From Octopus sinensis (Eukaryota), in contig NC_043000.1 of the NCBI RefSeq assembly GCF_006345805.1, forward strand, positions 108,252,001 to 108,316,000: 64,000 nucleotides of DNA, read 5' to 3'. Below, piece after piece: positions 28,945 through 41,167 of the stretch (the stretch's first letter is position 1; each line of letters opens with the position of its first letter). The translations under genes and the position numbers were made by a program. Below the pieces are notes generated by a model, which did no database searches, had not been told where the DNA came from, and was given only the letters and a program-made list of their open reading frames with translations.

Positions 28945-29771
28945 TGTATGTATGTATGTATGTGTGTGAGTGTGTTTGTGCAATTTTGTGTGCATCTATC
29001 TATCAATCTATCTATTTATCTATCTATCTATCTTCCTATCTCGCGTGTGTGACTCTCACCTAGCGCCTTGAGTTAAACTCAACTCGCCTTGTCAGTTTAT
29101 GAGATTATCGTAGAAATCATGCGCTGATTTCCTAAACGGGAAAGCGAAAATTATAAATAAGGGTGGCTTATTCGCAATTGTACAACCGAAAGGTAGAAAT
29201 ATATATGTCACTATATACGCACCAGTATTGCTAGAAATAAGATTTAAAACAACCATAGCCACGAGAAGCACTTACCTTAATGATTTGTATATATATATAT
29301 ATATATATATTAATGCCTAATTGCCTATCTATTTATCTATCTCATGTTCAATCTATTTGCCTGTTTGACTGTGTCTTTGTCGAACTCTCAGCCTACCTGT
29401 CAATTTGATGCCTAATTAAAAGTAAAGCACTGCAATTACTTTCGATATAACATCCACTTCTCACAGTTTCTTCATCTAGGGATTAAATAGTTTTGAATTA
29501 CTTATTATTCCATCCATATTTGCTGAAAGAAATCCTGAGAATCGTAACTGATCGCTTCGCGAGAAGTCATGGAATGACATTCGATAAAGCAATCGCTTCC
29601 CTTCTGTTGTGTAACGCTGTGTTCATGACTTCAGGCACATAAATAAACTTTAAAGTGATCTTCTCCACTTATCAATAGATATGCTGCACGGAATAGTATA
29701 ATTTACTTCATTACTTGAACCAACCCAGTGTTATTTATGCAGTTTCTAAATTTGCTCGTTCCTTATTTTCA

Positions 29772-29930
29772 AGGCGCAGGCGTCGGTGTGTATTAAGAAG
29801 TTTGTTTCCCAACTACGGAGATCCGGGTTCTGTTCTACAGCGTGGCACCTTGAGCAAGTGTCTTCTACTATACTCTCGGGCCAACTAAAGACTCGCGAGG
29901 TGATTTGTTAATGTAAACTAAAAGAAAACT
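29772..29930 (+). mobile_element. SINE family A, 5' half, diverged
   Basis: GGCGCAGG..GTGGCACCTTGAGCAAGTGTCTTCTACTATA. Confidence 0.8.
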
Positions 29931-29934
29931 AACA

Positions 29935-29969
<35 letters not shown>

Positions 29970-29997
29970 ATGGATATCTTCATATACGTACACACAT

Positions 29998-30061
<64 letters not shown>

Positions 30062-30062
30062 T

Positions 30063-30296
30063 TAAGGCGGCGAGCTGGCAGAACCGTTAGCACGCCGGGC
30101 GACCTGCGTAGCCGTATTTCGTCTGTCGTTACGTTCCGAGTTCAAATTCCGCCGAGGTCGACTTTGCCTTTCATCCTTTCGGGGTCGATAAATTAAGTAC
30201 CAGTGACGCACTGGGGTCGATGTAATCGACTTAATCCCTTTGTCTGTCCTTGTTTGTCGCCCCTGTGTTTAGCCCCTTGTGGGTAGTAAAGAAATA
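30063..30296 (+). mobile_element. SINE family B, full length, inserted in (TA)n
   Basis: Consensus match; flanked on both sides by ATATATATATATTT. Confidence 0.93.
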
Positions 30297-30641
30297 TATA
30301 TATATATATTTATAACAAAAGAGGGGGTATATTTCCACGCAAAATATATAGGCAAATTTGTTGTTGAAAATGCACCTAAATTTGAAAAGCTTGTAACTGT
30401 TTTTAAATAATTTATTTTTAAATAATTTATGTATACCAAACGAGTTTTAGCATGTTTGTTTATCAATGGTAAAAATTTGGAATTATGAATTAGAAAAACA
30501 TCAATTCAGTTTTTATTTATTTCTTCGGGGGATACTACAATATATACCTGAAATAAAACGAGTGCTGTATATTCGTATGTACTGTGCATCCTAAAAATTA
30601 TGTTCTTGTATTTGGTTAAAAATACTATACTACATATTTAG

Positions 30642-30681
30642 ATTTGACGACGCGTTTCTGAAAGCATTGCGATGCCAGGCG
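30642..30681 (+). CDS. Candidate 40-nt exon (I-FDDAFLKALRCQA)
   Basis: Acceptor ctacatatttag, donor GCG|gtaatt. Only the frame continuing the 10192 exon (AT+A) is open. Confidence 0.5.
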
Positions 30682-30926
30682 GTAATTAGTTGCATTTCCT
30701 TACATTTTGAGATCAAATCTACCAGAGCTAATCTAATGTTCATCACTTGAGGAATAATGGAAAAGTACCCGTGATGAGGTGGATTAATTCGATAGCCTGT
30801 AACTGTATCTGACAATTATTTTGTGCCTGAAAAATAAATTCAATATAGCTGTTAATTCATGGCTTTCATAGCCACAATATATATATATATATATATATAT
30901 ATGATATATATATATATATCTATATA

Positions 30927-30982
<56 letters not shown>

Positions 30983-31088
30983 GTAATATATATGTATGTA
31001 TATATATATATATAATATATATATATAATATGTAATATATATGTATTATATATATATATATATATATATATACAATATATATATATAT

Positions 31089-31130
<42 letters not shown>

Positions 31131-31655
31131 TATATATGTAATAAAACAAAAACAAGCGATTTAAGATCGAAGCAGGCAAAATGAATGATATTTCGGAATC
31201 ATCAGAGCGAAGATTCAAAAAATCGCTTTGCAACCATTCCATACTTTTGTTTTTAATGACTCACAGGAACAGCGTTTCGAAAAATGAATAGGAATTATTT
31301 TACTCCATGCTTCAATGAGCGATCTTTAAAGGGGATTATGGATATATGAATTTAATTATGTTGTATCAAATAAACAAATAGCCAAACATTAAATGCTTTC
31401 TATTAAAATGTGTCCGCTTTATTAATTACTAACATAGACGCCGTTACTATACATTGAAATCTAGAAAAATATGCCATAAGCTAGCTACATAGACAAAATT
31501 AAATGGACGAGGTGAGTTAGGGAGAAGGTAAAATATTTATTATCCGTGGAGAAAATGAAGTAAGGAGAGAGAAAAACACTAAAGGTAAGCGAATTCATTC
31601 TGCGTTCAAACTACAGCTTAGGTAGTCATCACTTTTTTTACCTTCATTTGTCGAT

Positions 31656-31787
31656 CATAATTAATACCAGGAAATACCGGAGTCTCTTAATCAGACTCCC
31701 ATAATTAATACCAGGAAATACCGGAGTCTCTTAATCAGACTCCCATAATTAATACCAGGAAATACCGGAGTCTCTTAATCTGACTCC
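31656..31787 (+). repeat. 44-bp tandem repeat x3 derived from the 3' part of a decayed family-B SINE
   Basis: Unit CATAATTAATACCAGGAAATACCGGAGTCTCTTAATCAGACTCC with a 7-bp hairpin. Upstream 31600-31655 resembles the SINE B box and Nin region. Confidence 0.9.
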
Positions 31788-32363
31788 AAGACATCTGTCA
31801 ATTTGTAGCCTGAACTCTTAAAGCGAAGTGTTCTGTCGTTCTTATGACTGGAAATATATTTTAGCTAGTTGTTCGGTTCCATCCCAACTATAAGTGTTGG
31901 CCATCAATTCTTTAAAAGTTTTCACACCATCAAAAAGGAATGTATTTCTTCCACTCCCAATTCTTAGTCATATATATATGAGGCATAGCATGTACTTCAC
32001 AACATCCTGCACTACGTCCATCATCTTCTTTTTCTTTCACTCTTACCCTCTCACCTTTACCCTCTCTTTATTCCACAATCACAAATACGAAAATCCGATG
32101 GAGACTCTTGTCATGTCAATATTGAAATGAATGTCAGACATTAAAAGAACAAATCTAAAGGACATAATGGACTTCAGGGCCAGTCTTCCCATTTCGACTA
32201 GTTTCACATCCTTAAGTTTCGTTGCTTTTATTACATCTCTGAAATCTATCCATCGGCTGCAGTGTTTACAGACCTCCAAGCTACACTCTCCAATTCAGCT
32301 ATATCTGATGACTGGTAATTTACCTTTGCACATTTCAACAGTTCTTAGAAGTGTAATATATAC

Positions 32364-32419
<56 letters not shown>

Positions 32420-32420
<1 letters not shown>

Positions 32421-32636
32421 CTCTTTTATTCTTTATTTGTTTCAGTCATTTGATTGCCGCCATGCTGGAGCAACCCAGGGGTTATACTTTGTAAGCCTAG
32501 TACTTATTCTATCGTGCTCTTTTGCCGAACCGCCATGTTACGAGGACGTAATCACACCACCATCGATTGTCAAACAAAGGTAGAGGGGGGCAAACACAGA
32601 CACAGAAGCATATACATACATATTATACATACAGAC

Positions 32637-32680
<44 letters not shown>

Positions 32681-32856
32681 TATATATATATACGACAGGC
32701 TTCTTTCAGTTTCCGTCAACCAAATCCACTCACAAGGCTTTGGTCGGCCCAAGGCTATAGTAGAAGGCATTCGCCCAAGGTGGCACGCTGTGGAACTGAG
32801 CCTGAGACCATGGAGTTGGTAAGCACACTTAGCACACACCCACTCCTGCGCCTGTA
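32420..32856 (-). mobile_element. SINE family A, full length, moderately diverged
   Basis: Consensus match from tail to CACTCCTGCGCCT. Confidence 0.9.
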
Positions 32857-33220
32857 TACGCATGTGTGTGTGTGTGTGTGTGTATTCATGTACATTGTAA
32901 ATACATAGATGTAGAGTTTTTATTTCTGCTGCTTCCGTCTCTAAATTCCGTTCCAGTCGCCTTTTTACCCGCTAAAACAGGAAGCAAGAATTTAGTACAT
33001 CTGTAATTGTATAAAGCTAAGAAATATTAATGTGAACGAAATTAGCTGTAATTATTTAAGTGATTCGAAAGTTGTTCGACGAAAGCAAGTTGCTCATAAA
33101 AGCATTGACGCTTTGATGCACAAATTGCCAAATGACATTTAATGTAAAGATTTCGTTGCACATGCTTGTCTGCTACATAATTATTGCCAACTTAGCTACA
33201 TTTCAACGTAATTTCGGAAG

Positions 33221-33379
<159 letters not shown>

Positions 33380-33380
33380 A

Positions 33381-33421
<41 letters not shown>

Positions 33422-34999
33422 TGTCTTCAAGCATTAAGAAAAATTATTTCCAGGTACTGCTTGCTTGGGAGAAAATTATACTTGTATCTTTTTCAGTGAC
33501 GTGAATCTATGAAGCTGCTAATTTCTTTTGCAAATGTTTTTCACTACAATCGTTTTCTGCGAAATACTTATCAGATTTACTTCATCAATACTCTCTGCTT
33601 ACATCACAGGAATATTTATTATTATTATACTGTATTTAGCATCATACCTCTTCGCATGCTGGATTTTCTGCATAAATAAATGTGACCATGACTGTAGCTT
33701 GCAAAAACATGGACACAATGCGTAGGAACGTGCGTCGCCGCGGGTAAATTGATACCGTAATTTTGCTTCACTAGGAAATAATGCTTTTGAATTAACGGGC
33801 TTAGCGTAGAATAAATTGAATGAAACCCAGTATATATCATTGTTATAAAGTATCTACGTTTTGCTCCAGAGAGTTGAAAAGTAGGATCTTATCTCAGACT
33901 TAAGAGACACAAGCCAGTTTTCCGTAATGTATTTCTTTCCTTTTACCTATTTCAGCGTTCTTTTTTCAATGTCTGCAGAGATGTAGCATCTTCAGCCTTA
34001 GCGGAGGCATCTCATTCATAGTGATGGTAACTTTGAAATATAATCAAATTGTGCAGTAAGAAGAGATATCTATGTCAGGTTGTATGGACTAAAGGCTCTG
34101 TTGTTGTAATGACTTGGTAAGAATCATGCAGCTCCAGTTTCTTTTGCCTGCTTATAGATCCGTATTTTGCAGGGTCTATCGGATTACGTTTGCATCGTGC
34201 ATTTCTTTCTCATCCAGCAATACTTACAGCAGTACAGTTTAAAAATTGTGATAGTGAAACTGGATTACATCCCTTACAAACTTAAATCACATAATACAGA
34301 TGCAAGCGTTTCCCACCAACAACAGTATGCTAATTTATAGCTATTTACACGTTTCAACTCATAAAGCGAGGACTGGGCAGATTGTTAGTGACATGTAAAC
34401 GGTTAGGCTGTAGATAGTCACATTCCATTATAACTGAGTGCATTATACTTTTGATTAATTGGAATAGATTAGTTTTTCAAATGCATGAGTTATGGAAACA
34501 ATCGTAGCTGCATGCATGAATTAATTCTTGGAACTTTTCAAGCAGTGCAGAACAAACCAAGAGGTCCAGATCATAAAACTGTTCATAACCTTTTAATTTG
34601 AAGCTTACAATAAAGTAATCCAACAAGCGTACGAAAATTTCTGATCTTCCTTTGTTATTACAGAATACTAATTGTTTATAAGTTGTAATCGTATGAAGGC
34701 ATACACTGTCCTCAAAACGTCAGCTGATAACTACACTTTGGCGTACAAGTCTATGAAACATGTTGCAGTGTTGTTTCCCTCTAATTTGCTGACATATGTT
34801 TGATGAACACTCTCACCATTAATATTTCACAGTGTGAAGTAATATTCCATGTTTTAAAAGAAAGTACATTATAAATATGAAATATAATTTCACCTAATGA
34901 AACTGTTCTTTAGGCCTGCGGCATCAAATTTTGCTGTATTTTAAAATTATTTGCATTCAGCCAATATTTTGTGCTCCCACCCTACGTCTGCCATAATAA

Positions 35000-35292
35000 A
35001 TTGTAGGTTTATTGCTAGTTGGACTGGCTTTCGGTGGAGACGACGGACATACGATTAGAATCTCACTGGTAAAACACGTAAGACGAATTATTCAAAGTTG
35101 AGCCAACAAGGAGGAGATCTCAGGGTAGATCAAGAACGAGATGGTTGGATAAAATCTATAGTTCTGAGCCGAAAGGTTTAAAGAGACTTGCTTCAGATAG
35201 GACCCTATGGAAGGGGCGCCTGAGCATTCTGCTCCTACGACCCGCTACAAGCAGTGGGCGGAGAAATTGGATGAATGAATGGACGGATGGAT
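35000..35292 (+). mobile_element. RTE LINE 3' end relic
   Basis: RRSQGRSRTRWLDK..KRLASDRTLWK..LLLRP (cf. RPRGRP..RW.D..A.DR..W) and a (GGAT/GAAT) tail. Confidence 0.7.
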
Positions 35293-35545
35293 TTTCATGC
35301 GATGTCAGTTATGTATAGGATATTGAGTCAACTAAGTGTCCAAACAATTCAAAACTTATTGTTTGAATATTGTCAAATATTACTAATCCCTATTCATGAA
35401 TCTGCATTGAGAAACAATCTTTAAGAAATAATATTGCAACAACCATCCTTGTATTTCTCTTCATTTTATTTTTGACAAGCAATACAAGTGGAACATTCCA
35501 ATAAAGACAGATAATTCGTTACAAACAAAACAGACATATATTATA

Positions 35546-35639
35546 TACATTATTTACATTTGTCCTCATCTTTGTTCTTATCTTGTTTGTTGTTAACACA
35601 ACGTTTCCGCTGATATATCCGTCAAATGTAAATAATGTA
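35546..35639. mobile_element. Penelope-like pLTR relic with 17-bp inverted ends and a half hammerhead
   Basis: TACATTATTTACATTTG / CAAATGTAAATAATGTA inverted. Minus strand has CAGCG-GAAAC-GTT-GTGTT, but no CTGANGA. Confidence 0.45.
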
Positions 35640-35719
35640 CATAATTCCTCACCTCTTCAATATAGTACTATAATAGAACTAATATTATTCTGTGAGACAA
35701 GGAACAAAAGTTATGGATT

Positions 35720-36010
35720 GTTGTAACGGTTAGCTGGCCAGCAGAGCGTGAATGTACCATTAAAAGTCCAGGAAAAAGAGAGTATTTATGGTGAATTAAT
35801 GCGTAACTTACAGCACTTGTACCTTGACAACAATTTCTCACTAGGACCTGTCATCATCGGTACATTAGGTCGTGTACCAACAAATTTACACAAAACCTGA
35901 AAATACTAAAGTTTTCGAAGAAAGAACAACAGAAACTGACGAGTACTCTCCAAATCCAATGTATTTGTGACACAGCGAGGATTCGCAAGACATTCCAAAA
36001 TTTCTCTACT
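35720..36010 (+). mobile_element. R4/Dong-type (RLE) non-LTR retrotransposon C-terminal relic
   Basis: QEKESIYGELMRNLQHLY..PVIIGTLGRVPTNL..LKFSKKEQQKL..LQIQ..RKTF, homologous to the ORF at 48562-48825. Confidence 0.8.
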
Positions 36011-36482
36011 GGATATAATTTAGATGAAAAGATGCATACGCTTGGGTGTGTTTCGATAACTCAACCAACACACCAACTCAACCAAATATTTATACACACC
36101 GGGAACTCCCTTAACTCAATACGCCTTGTCGTTTTTTTAGTGATTGGCTTGAACTCTCTTAGGAACTTAAAATTCAAAGAAAAAACATTTACGCATGCAC
36201 ATCTGTATTTATGCATTGATATATCTTCATACACAAGCAAGCAATCAAAACATATACACAAACACATAGGCACACGCACGTACAAGAATACACAGACACA
36301 CACACACACACACACACTCACACACACATACACAGACACACAAGCACAGGTATATGTAAGCAAAAGGGTTATATGTACTATTACATTACCCATATTTTAC
36401 ATCACCATTATAGTTGTATATGTGTATATATACATGTGTGTGTGTGTATACACATGTATCTATGTCTGTCTGTCTGTCTCTG

Positions 36483-36519
<37 letters not shown>

Positions 36520-37365
36520 TTATCTATCTATAAATATATATCAAATTATATGTTCGTTTATTTACATCAGTTGCTATTAAGGTTTAGGCAAGGATACTGT
36601 TTATTTGGAGTTCTTTCATCTTTTCAAATCTTTTTCAATTATTTATATTTTTATTGATAGTTTCTTTGATTTTCAAAACCAATATGTCGTATGTGTGTAT
36701 ATGTGTGTATGTGTGTGTATGTGTGTGTATGTATACGTATTTTATTTATTCGTTTGTTCGATTCTTCGTTTGACGCTCAATTGATTAATTGAAAGCTAAT
36801 GGATTCACGTCAGAAATATATTTTTTCCATCAGATATTTCCCGCCGTTTTTTACATATAGAATCATAATGAATTTATAATTCAGCTCCCAATAACAAACG
36901 TGAGTGCTATGTAGGAGGTTTATGCGTCTTTCTGTTATTTTAAATTTTTTTTATTTTTCGTGAAGTGGATAACTTGAAATTTTATTTTGGGCAATCAGCG
37001 TATCATTGCCGTATCTATAACATATCCATCTCTTGAACATGATTCAGTGATTACTTTTTTTGATATATGAAGCTTCAATTATTCTGGGGTCGAATTTTAT
37101 TTTCACCAAACTGTGATATAAAAGATACTGAAGTTCAAGTATAATAGTAGCATCCATGAAAACTAGCGTTTATTTGTCGTGGAAAATTGTATACATAATG
37201 ATTTTGTGAAGTTAAATGATTTTCCAAGGGGACAAAGAATTCCTGCATTTGAGACAAATACTTTCCGGGAGAGATGGGGTATTTATTATTAGTTCTGAAT
37301 GAATAAGTTATTGTGTGACAAATGGGTGATTTTAACGACAAACAACTGAAACAGTAATTCATAAT

Positions 37366-37410
<45 letters not shown>

Positions 37411-37504
37411 TATATATATTATATATATGCATATGTACATACATATATGTATATGCTTACACACACACACATATATATACGATTATATATTTGTTGTGCA
37501 AGAT

Positions 37505-37808
37505 TTTTTATGTGAAGTCGTGTGTTGAAACAGATTTTGTTATATTTCGGAATGGTCATTTTGCCAGTTTAGCCAATATAAACACACGCACTATATATTT
37601 GGCTGACGGATAGTAAGGAGAGACACAAATAAGAAAGAAGAAAACAATGGACCACTGATGCGGTCACAGGAGTGTGACGAAAGAACTCTGGCCGAAATAT
37701 GATTAAGATTAATGTAAAAAAATAAATAACACTGAAGCAAAGTAACGCCAAATATATAGTGCGTGTATTTTTATTGGCTAAACTTGCAAAATGACCATTC
37801 CGAAATAT

Positions 37809-37813
<5 letters not shown>
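37505..37813 (+). mobile_element. Penelope-like / retrozyme-like mini-element with 67-bp inverted repeats (37537-37603 / 37747-37813)
   Basis: Arms match with 3 mismatches; the right arm abuts (TA)n; a degenerate homolog of the left part lies at ~42612-42692; carries a hammerhead fold. Confidence 0.7.
37649..37693 (+). ncRNA. Minimal type I hammerhead ribozyme fold (A9-to-C variant)
   Basis: Stem I CCA/UGG (extendable GG/CC), core CUGAUGC+G, stem II GUCAC-aggagu-GUGAC, GAAA, stem III A-U and G-C with AA loop, cleavage triplet CUC ending at 37688. Confidence 0.6.
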
Positions 37814-37883
<70 letters not shown>

Positions 37884-37959
37884 ATATATAATATATATTT
37901 ATGTCTTTATATAAATAATTTTTATACATGCATATATGGATACATATATGGATATAGGG

Positions 37960-38290
37960 CATTAAAAACGTAGATACAATGAGAAAAGAAAACATAAAAT
38001 CCAAAACATAGAAAACGAACTTTTTTTCGAACAACGAAAAAAAAATCAGAAACGAGACATGCAACATAAAGAACATTCCCCTCCATCAGTTGTCCGCTGT
38101 TTCATCTATTCCGCGTTTCGAGGGTAAGGACAAGACGCGACTTCGTTAAAACAGTCCTTTCCGCAAAGCAAATTAAATAAAATTTGGAATTTTTTGCGGA
38201 GGGTGAAAGCGGTAACAAAAACAGGACAGTGAGAACAAGACAATAAAAACAAATGGTGACAGCTGTTAAGCCAAAACAATGTGAAGATTA
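37960..38290 (+). mobile_element. Dispersed repeat terminus abutting (TA)n (Penelope-like pLTR suspected), homologous to 38655-38770
   Basis: Shared AAAACGTA..CAAT..GAAAACAT..ACGAACTTTT..GAACAACGAAA..AGACA..AACATAA. The 38655 copy adds a 30-bp inverted copy (38670-38699 / 38791-38820). Confidence 0.5.
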
Positions 38291-38867
38291 TGAACGCTAG
38301 AACGACGAGCTTTGAGAAGAGATAGGTAAAAGCACGTCTTACCTTCACGAAGGAAATGGAAGATAGATCGCCTTTCGCCACGTGTCTGCAACGAGAGTTA
38401 GGGGGAATAATGAGAGAGATAGGGGGGCGGTAAGAGGGAGAGGAGGAGAATAGGGAAAGGGTGGGAGAGAAAAACAAAAAGGAAGAACAAGAGAGGAAGA
38501 TAGATAGACAGAAGAGATATAAGAGTGTGCATCGTAATTATTAAGAGAAAACTTCCTTGGAAAAGGATGCATGGCGTTCGATCATATAATAGTATAAATA
38601 ATATATATATACATATATGTACATAGCTATATATATATATGTATATATGCATATATGGGTACAGGACGTCACAAAACGTAAACAATATGAAATGCGAAAA
38701 CATGGAATACGAACTTTTAATGCGAACAACGAAAGAAACAAATGGAAAAATAAGACAAGTTAACATAAGGTCGTTCTTTATGTTTTCATATTTCGTATTT
38801 CATGTTGTTTACGTTTTGTGCCAACGATCGAAAACCTCTGACCTCGAGCTGCTTCTGCTAAATATCA

Positions 38868-38925
<58 letters not shown>

Positions 38926-39463
38926 TTAAATTACAAGTCAAATCATCAGCTTTTAGAAACCTTGAAGACGATTTGTATTATAACCCATGTATCATTTCTT
39001 TGGACTCAATAGTTTCATATATCCCAAAGTAGTACACATATATATGAAAACAAGGTAGTTTTTTTTTCCAGTTTCAGCTCATGAGCTGTGGCCATGCTGG
39101 GGCACCGCCATTATGTTAATGAAACATTTAGTTAACGTTAGCTTACATATTTTGTTAACAAAGAATGATTATCAGTTATATGAAGTAAATTATGTCATCA
39201 ATTCGCATTGTCAGATCTTTAGATATGCATAATTCTCATTTATAAACTTACTTGATCCGCAAACAATTGACAGTGTGATCATGGGAAATACTGAGCTTAA
39301 ACCACAATCATCTAAATTTAACGAACCGAATGATGAATTAAATAATTCACCAAATTAAATATATAACCAAACTAATAATACCCATAGACTAAAAAGGAAT
39401 AATAGAGACGAGGTACCTAATTCTTCTGCCATGAGCAAGTGTAGTGTTATTATCAAACATCTT

Positions 39464-39886
39464 TGTAACTGTAGGAATAGAATATGTATGCTTGATAGAC
39501 AAAGCCTCAGAAAAAATTATAGTTTATAGGTGTATACTAACAGGAGATGGCATTTCTAATAATAACATAGGGTCATGTTCTACTGATTTAGAACGAGGTT
39601 GCGTAACTTACTTGCTTCGTTCTGAGATAAAATAAATAGTACAAGTTTGAATGGGCTCATCTGGTCATTAAAGTATAAGAACAGTAAATTCGATACCAAA
39701 TGGACAATAGTTAGTAGAGCTTCTCCATATACAATGGGGACCTCGATGTGTAAGTTATGTTTGGAAGAAATATTCCACATCATTACCCCTTGCTACAAGT
39801 TACTGAATCCTAAATACGAATTAGGTCTGGGATGCGCGCATTCTTTTACAAAAGCATTTAAGTACTTCCAAAATAAGGATATTTAA
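39464..39886 (+). mobile_element. Penelope-like element GIY-YIG endonuclease relic
   Basis: CNCRNRICML, IVYRC..NIGSCSTDL (GIY..YIG), NSTSLNGLIWSLK..KWTIVSRASPY.MG.SMCKLCLEE..LLNPKYEL..CAH, matching the Cys-rich PLE C-terminus; frameshifted. Confidence 0.8.
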
Positions 39887-40021
39887 TAGAATATCACACA
39901 AGTAAAAGTGCACACAAGGTTACCTAGTGAAAAATCGTAATTTACTCTTGTTAGTTTTAACAATCTCACAATAAACCTAATCCCTCTTTATTATTTTTAC
40001 ATTTTTATCTCCAATTATAAA

Positions 40022-40442
40022 CGCAGACGTGGCTGTGTGGTAAGAAGCTTGCTTCCCAATCACATGGTTCGGGGTTCAGTCCAACTACGTCGCACCTTGG
40101 GCAAGTGGCTTCTAGTATAACCCTCAGCCGGACCAAAGCCTTGTGAGTGGATTTGGTAGACGGAAACTGAAAGAAGCCCGGCGTATATGTATATATATAT
40201 GTGTGTGTGTGTGTATGTGTGTGTGTGTGTGTGTGGTGTGTGTGTGTGTGTATGTTTGTCCTCGGACAAACACAGATTCAGTTTCCGTAACATAGCGGCT
40301 CGGCAAAAGGAACCGATAGAATAAGTACCAGGCTTAGAAACAGTAAGTCCTGGGGTCGATTTCTTCGACTAAAATCCCTTAAGGCATTGCTCCAGCATGG
40401 CCACCGTCAAATAACTGAAACAAATAACATAAAAGAAAAGAA
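40022..40442 (+). mobile_element. SINE family A, full length
   Basis: TGGCTGTGTGG A box, GGTTCAGTCC B box, CCTTGGGCAAGT, internal (TG)n and tail. Confidence 0.9.
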
Positions 40443-40927
40443 TTCGGGTCCTCGTTTATTTGATTCTTCTTAATCTATCGATATATTTTATAATGTTCAT
40501 AATACTTTTACTATGTGTGATCTGTGACTGAAATACTAAGGACATAATTAATCCACTCCCTTAAATTTCTAAGAGTCATTCTAAGTTTAAATGATACCAG
40601 AAGATATAGCCATGTCGCATTTCACAGAAGGTGCGTTAAGCTTTGATGGGTATGGGTCTTCCACATTAATTATACACAGAGTAGGACTATCAAAGGCTGA
40701 ATTCGTTAGCTTCATAATTACGTCGACCTTGTATGAATATATACTGCAACTGTACCAAAAGAATGAATATAAATGGTACCGTAAGAGACATTAGGGCATT
40801 GAAGCAGCAGAAACACGTGTCGGGACTGAAATCTATCGTAAATGTAATGCAAATAATACAGTAATAAACAAATTTTGAAGATGCACGATTCTCCATTTTT
40901 TATGATGCCGTATATATGTATATATAT

Positions 40928-40964
<37 letters not shown>

Positions 40965-40982
40965 TGTATGTATGTATGTATG

Positions 40983-41016
<34 letters not shown>

Positions 41017-41089
41017 TAAATAATATAGTATAATATAATACAATATAACATTATATAATATCATTTATCTATCTATCTATGTCTTTCTT

Positions 41090-41167
<78 letters not shown>

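Noticed and set aside
30642-30681. Assignment of FDDAFLKALRCQA to GRXCR-type or bHLH proteins
   Set aside because: The resemblance needs insertions in conserved positions, and the flanking exons do not fit either family.
31656-31787. CRISPR-like array with hairpin repeats
   Set aside because: Units are directly adjacent with no spacers, the context is eukaryotic, and the unit derives from a SINE.
38090-38123. Plus-strand 34-nt exon (LSAVSSIPRFE), phase-compatible with the chain
   Set aside because: It appears to lie inside the TA-abutting repeat starting at 37960, so the splice signals are probably repeat-derived. Not fully excluded.
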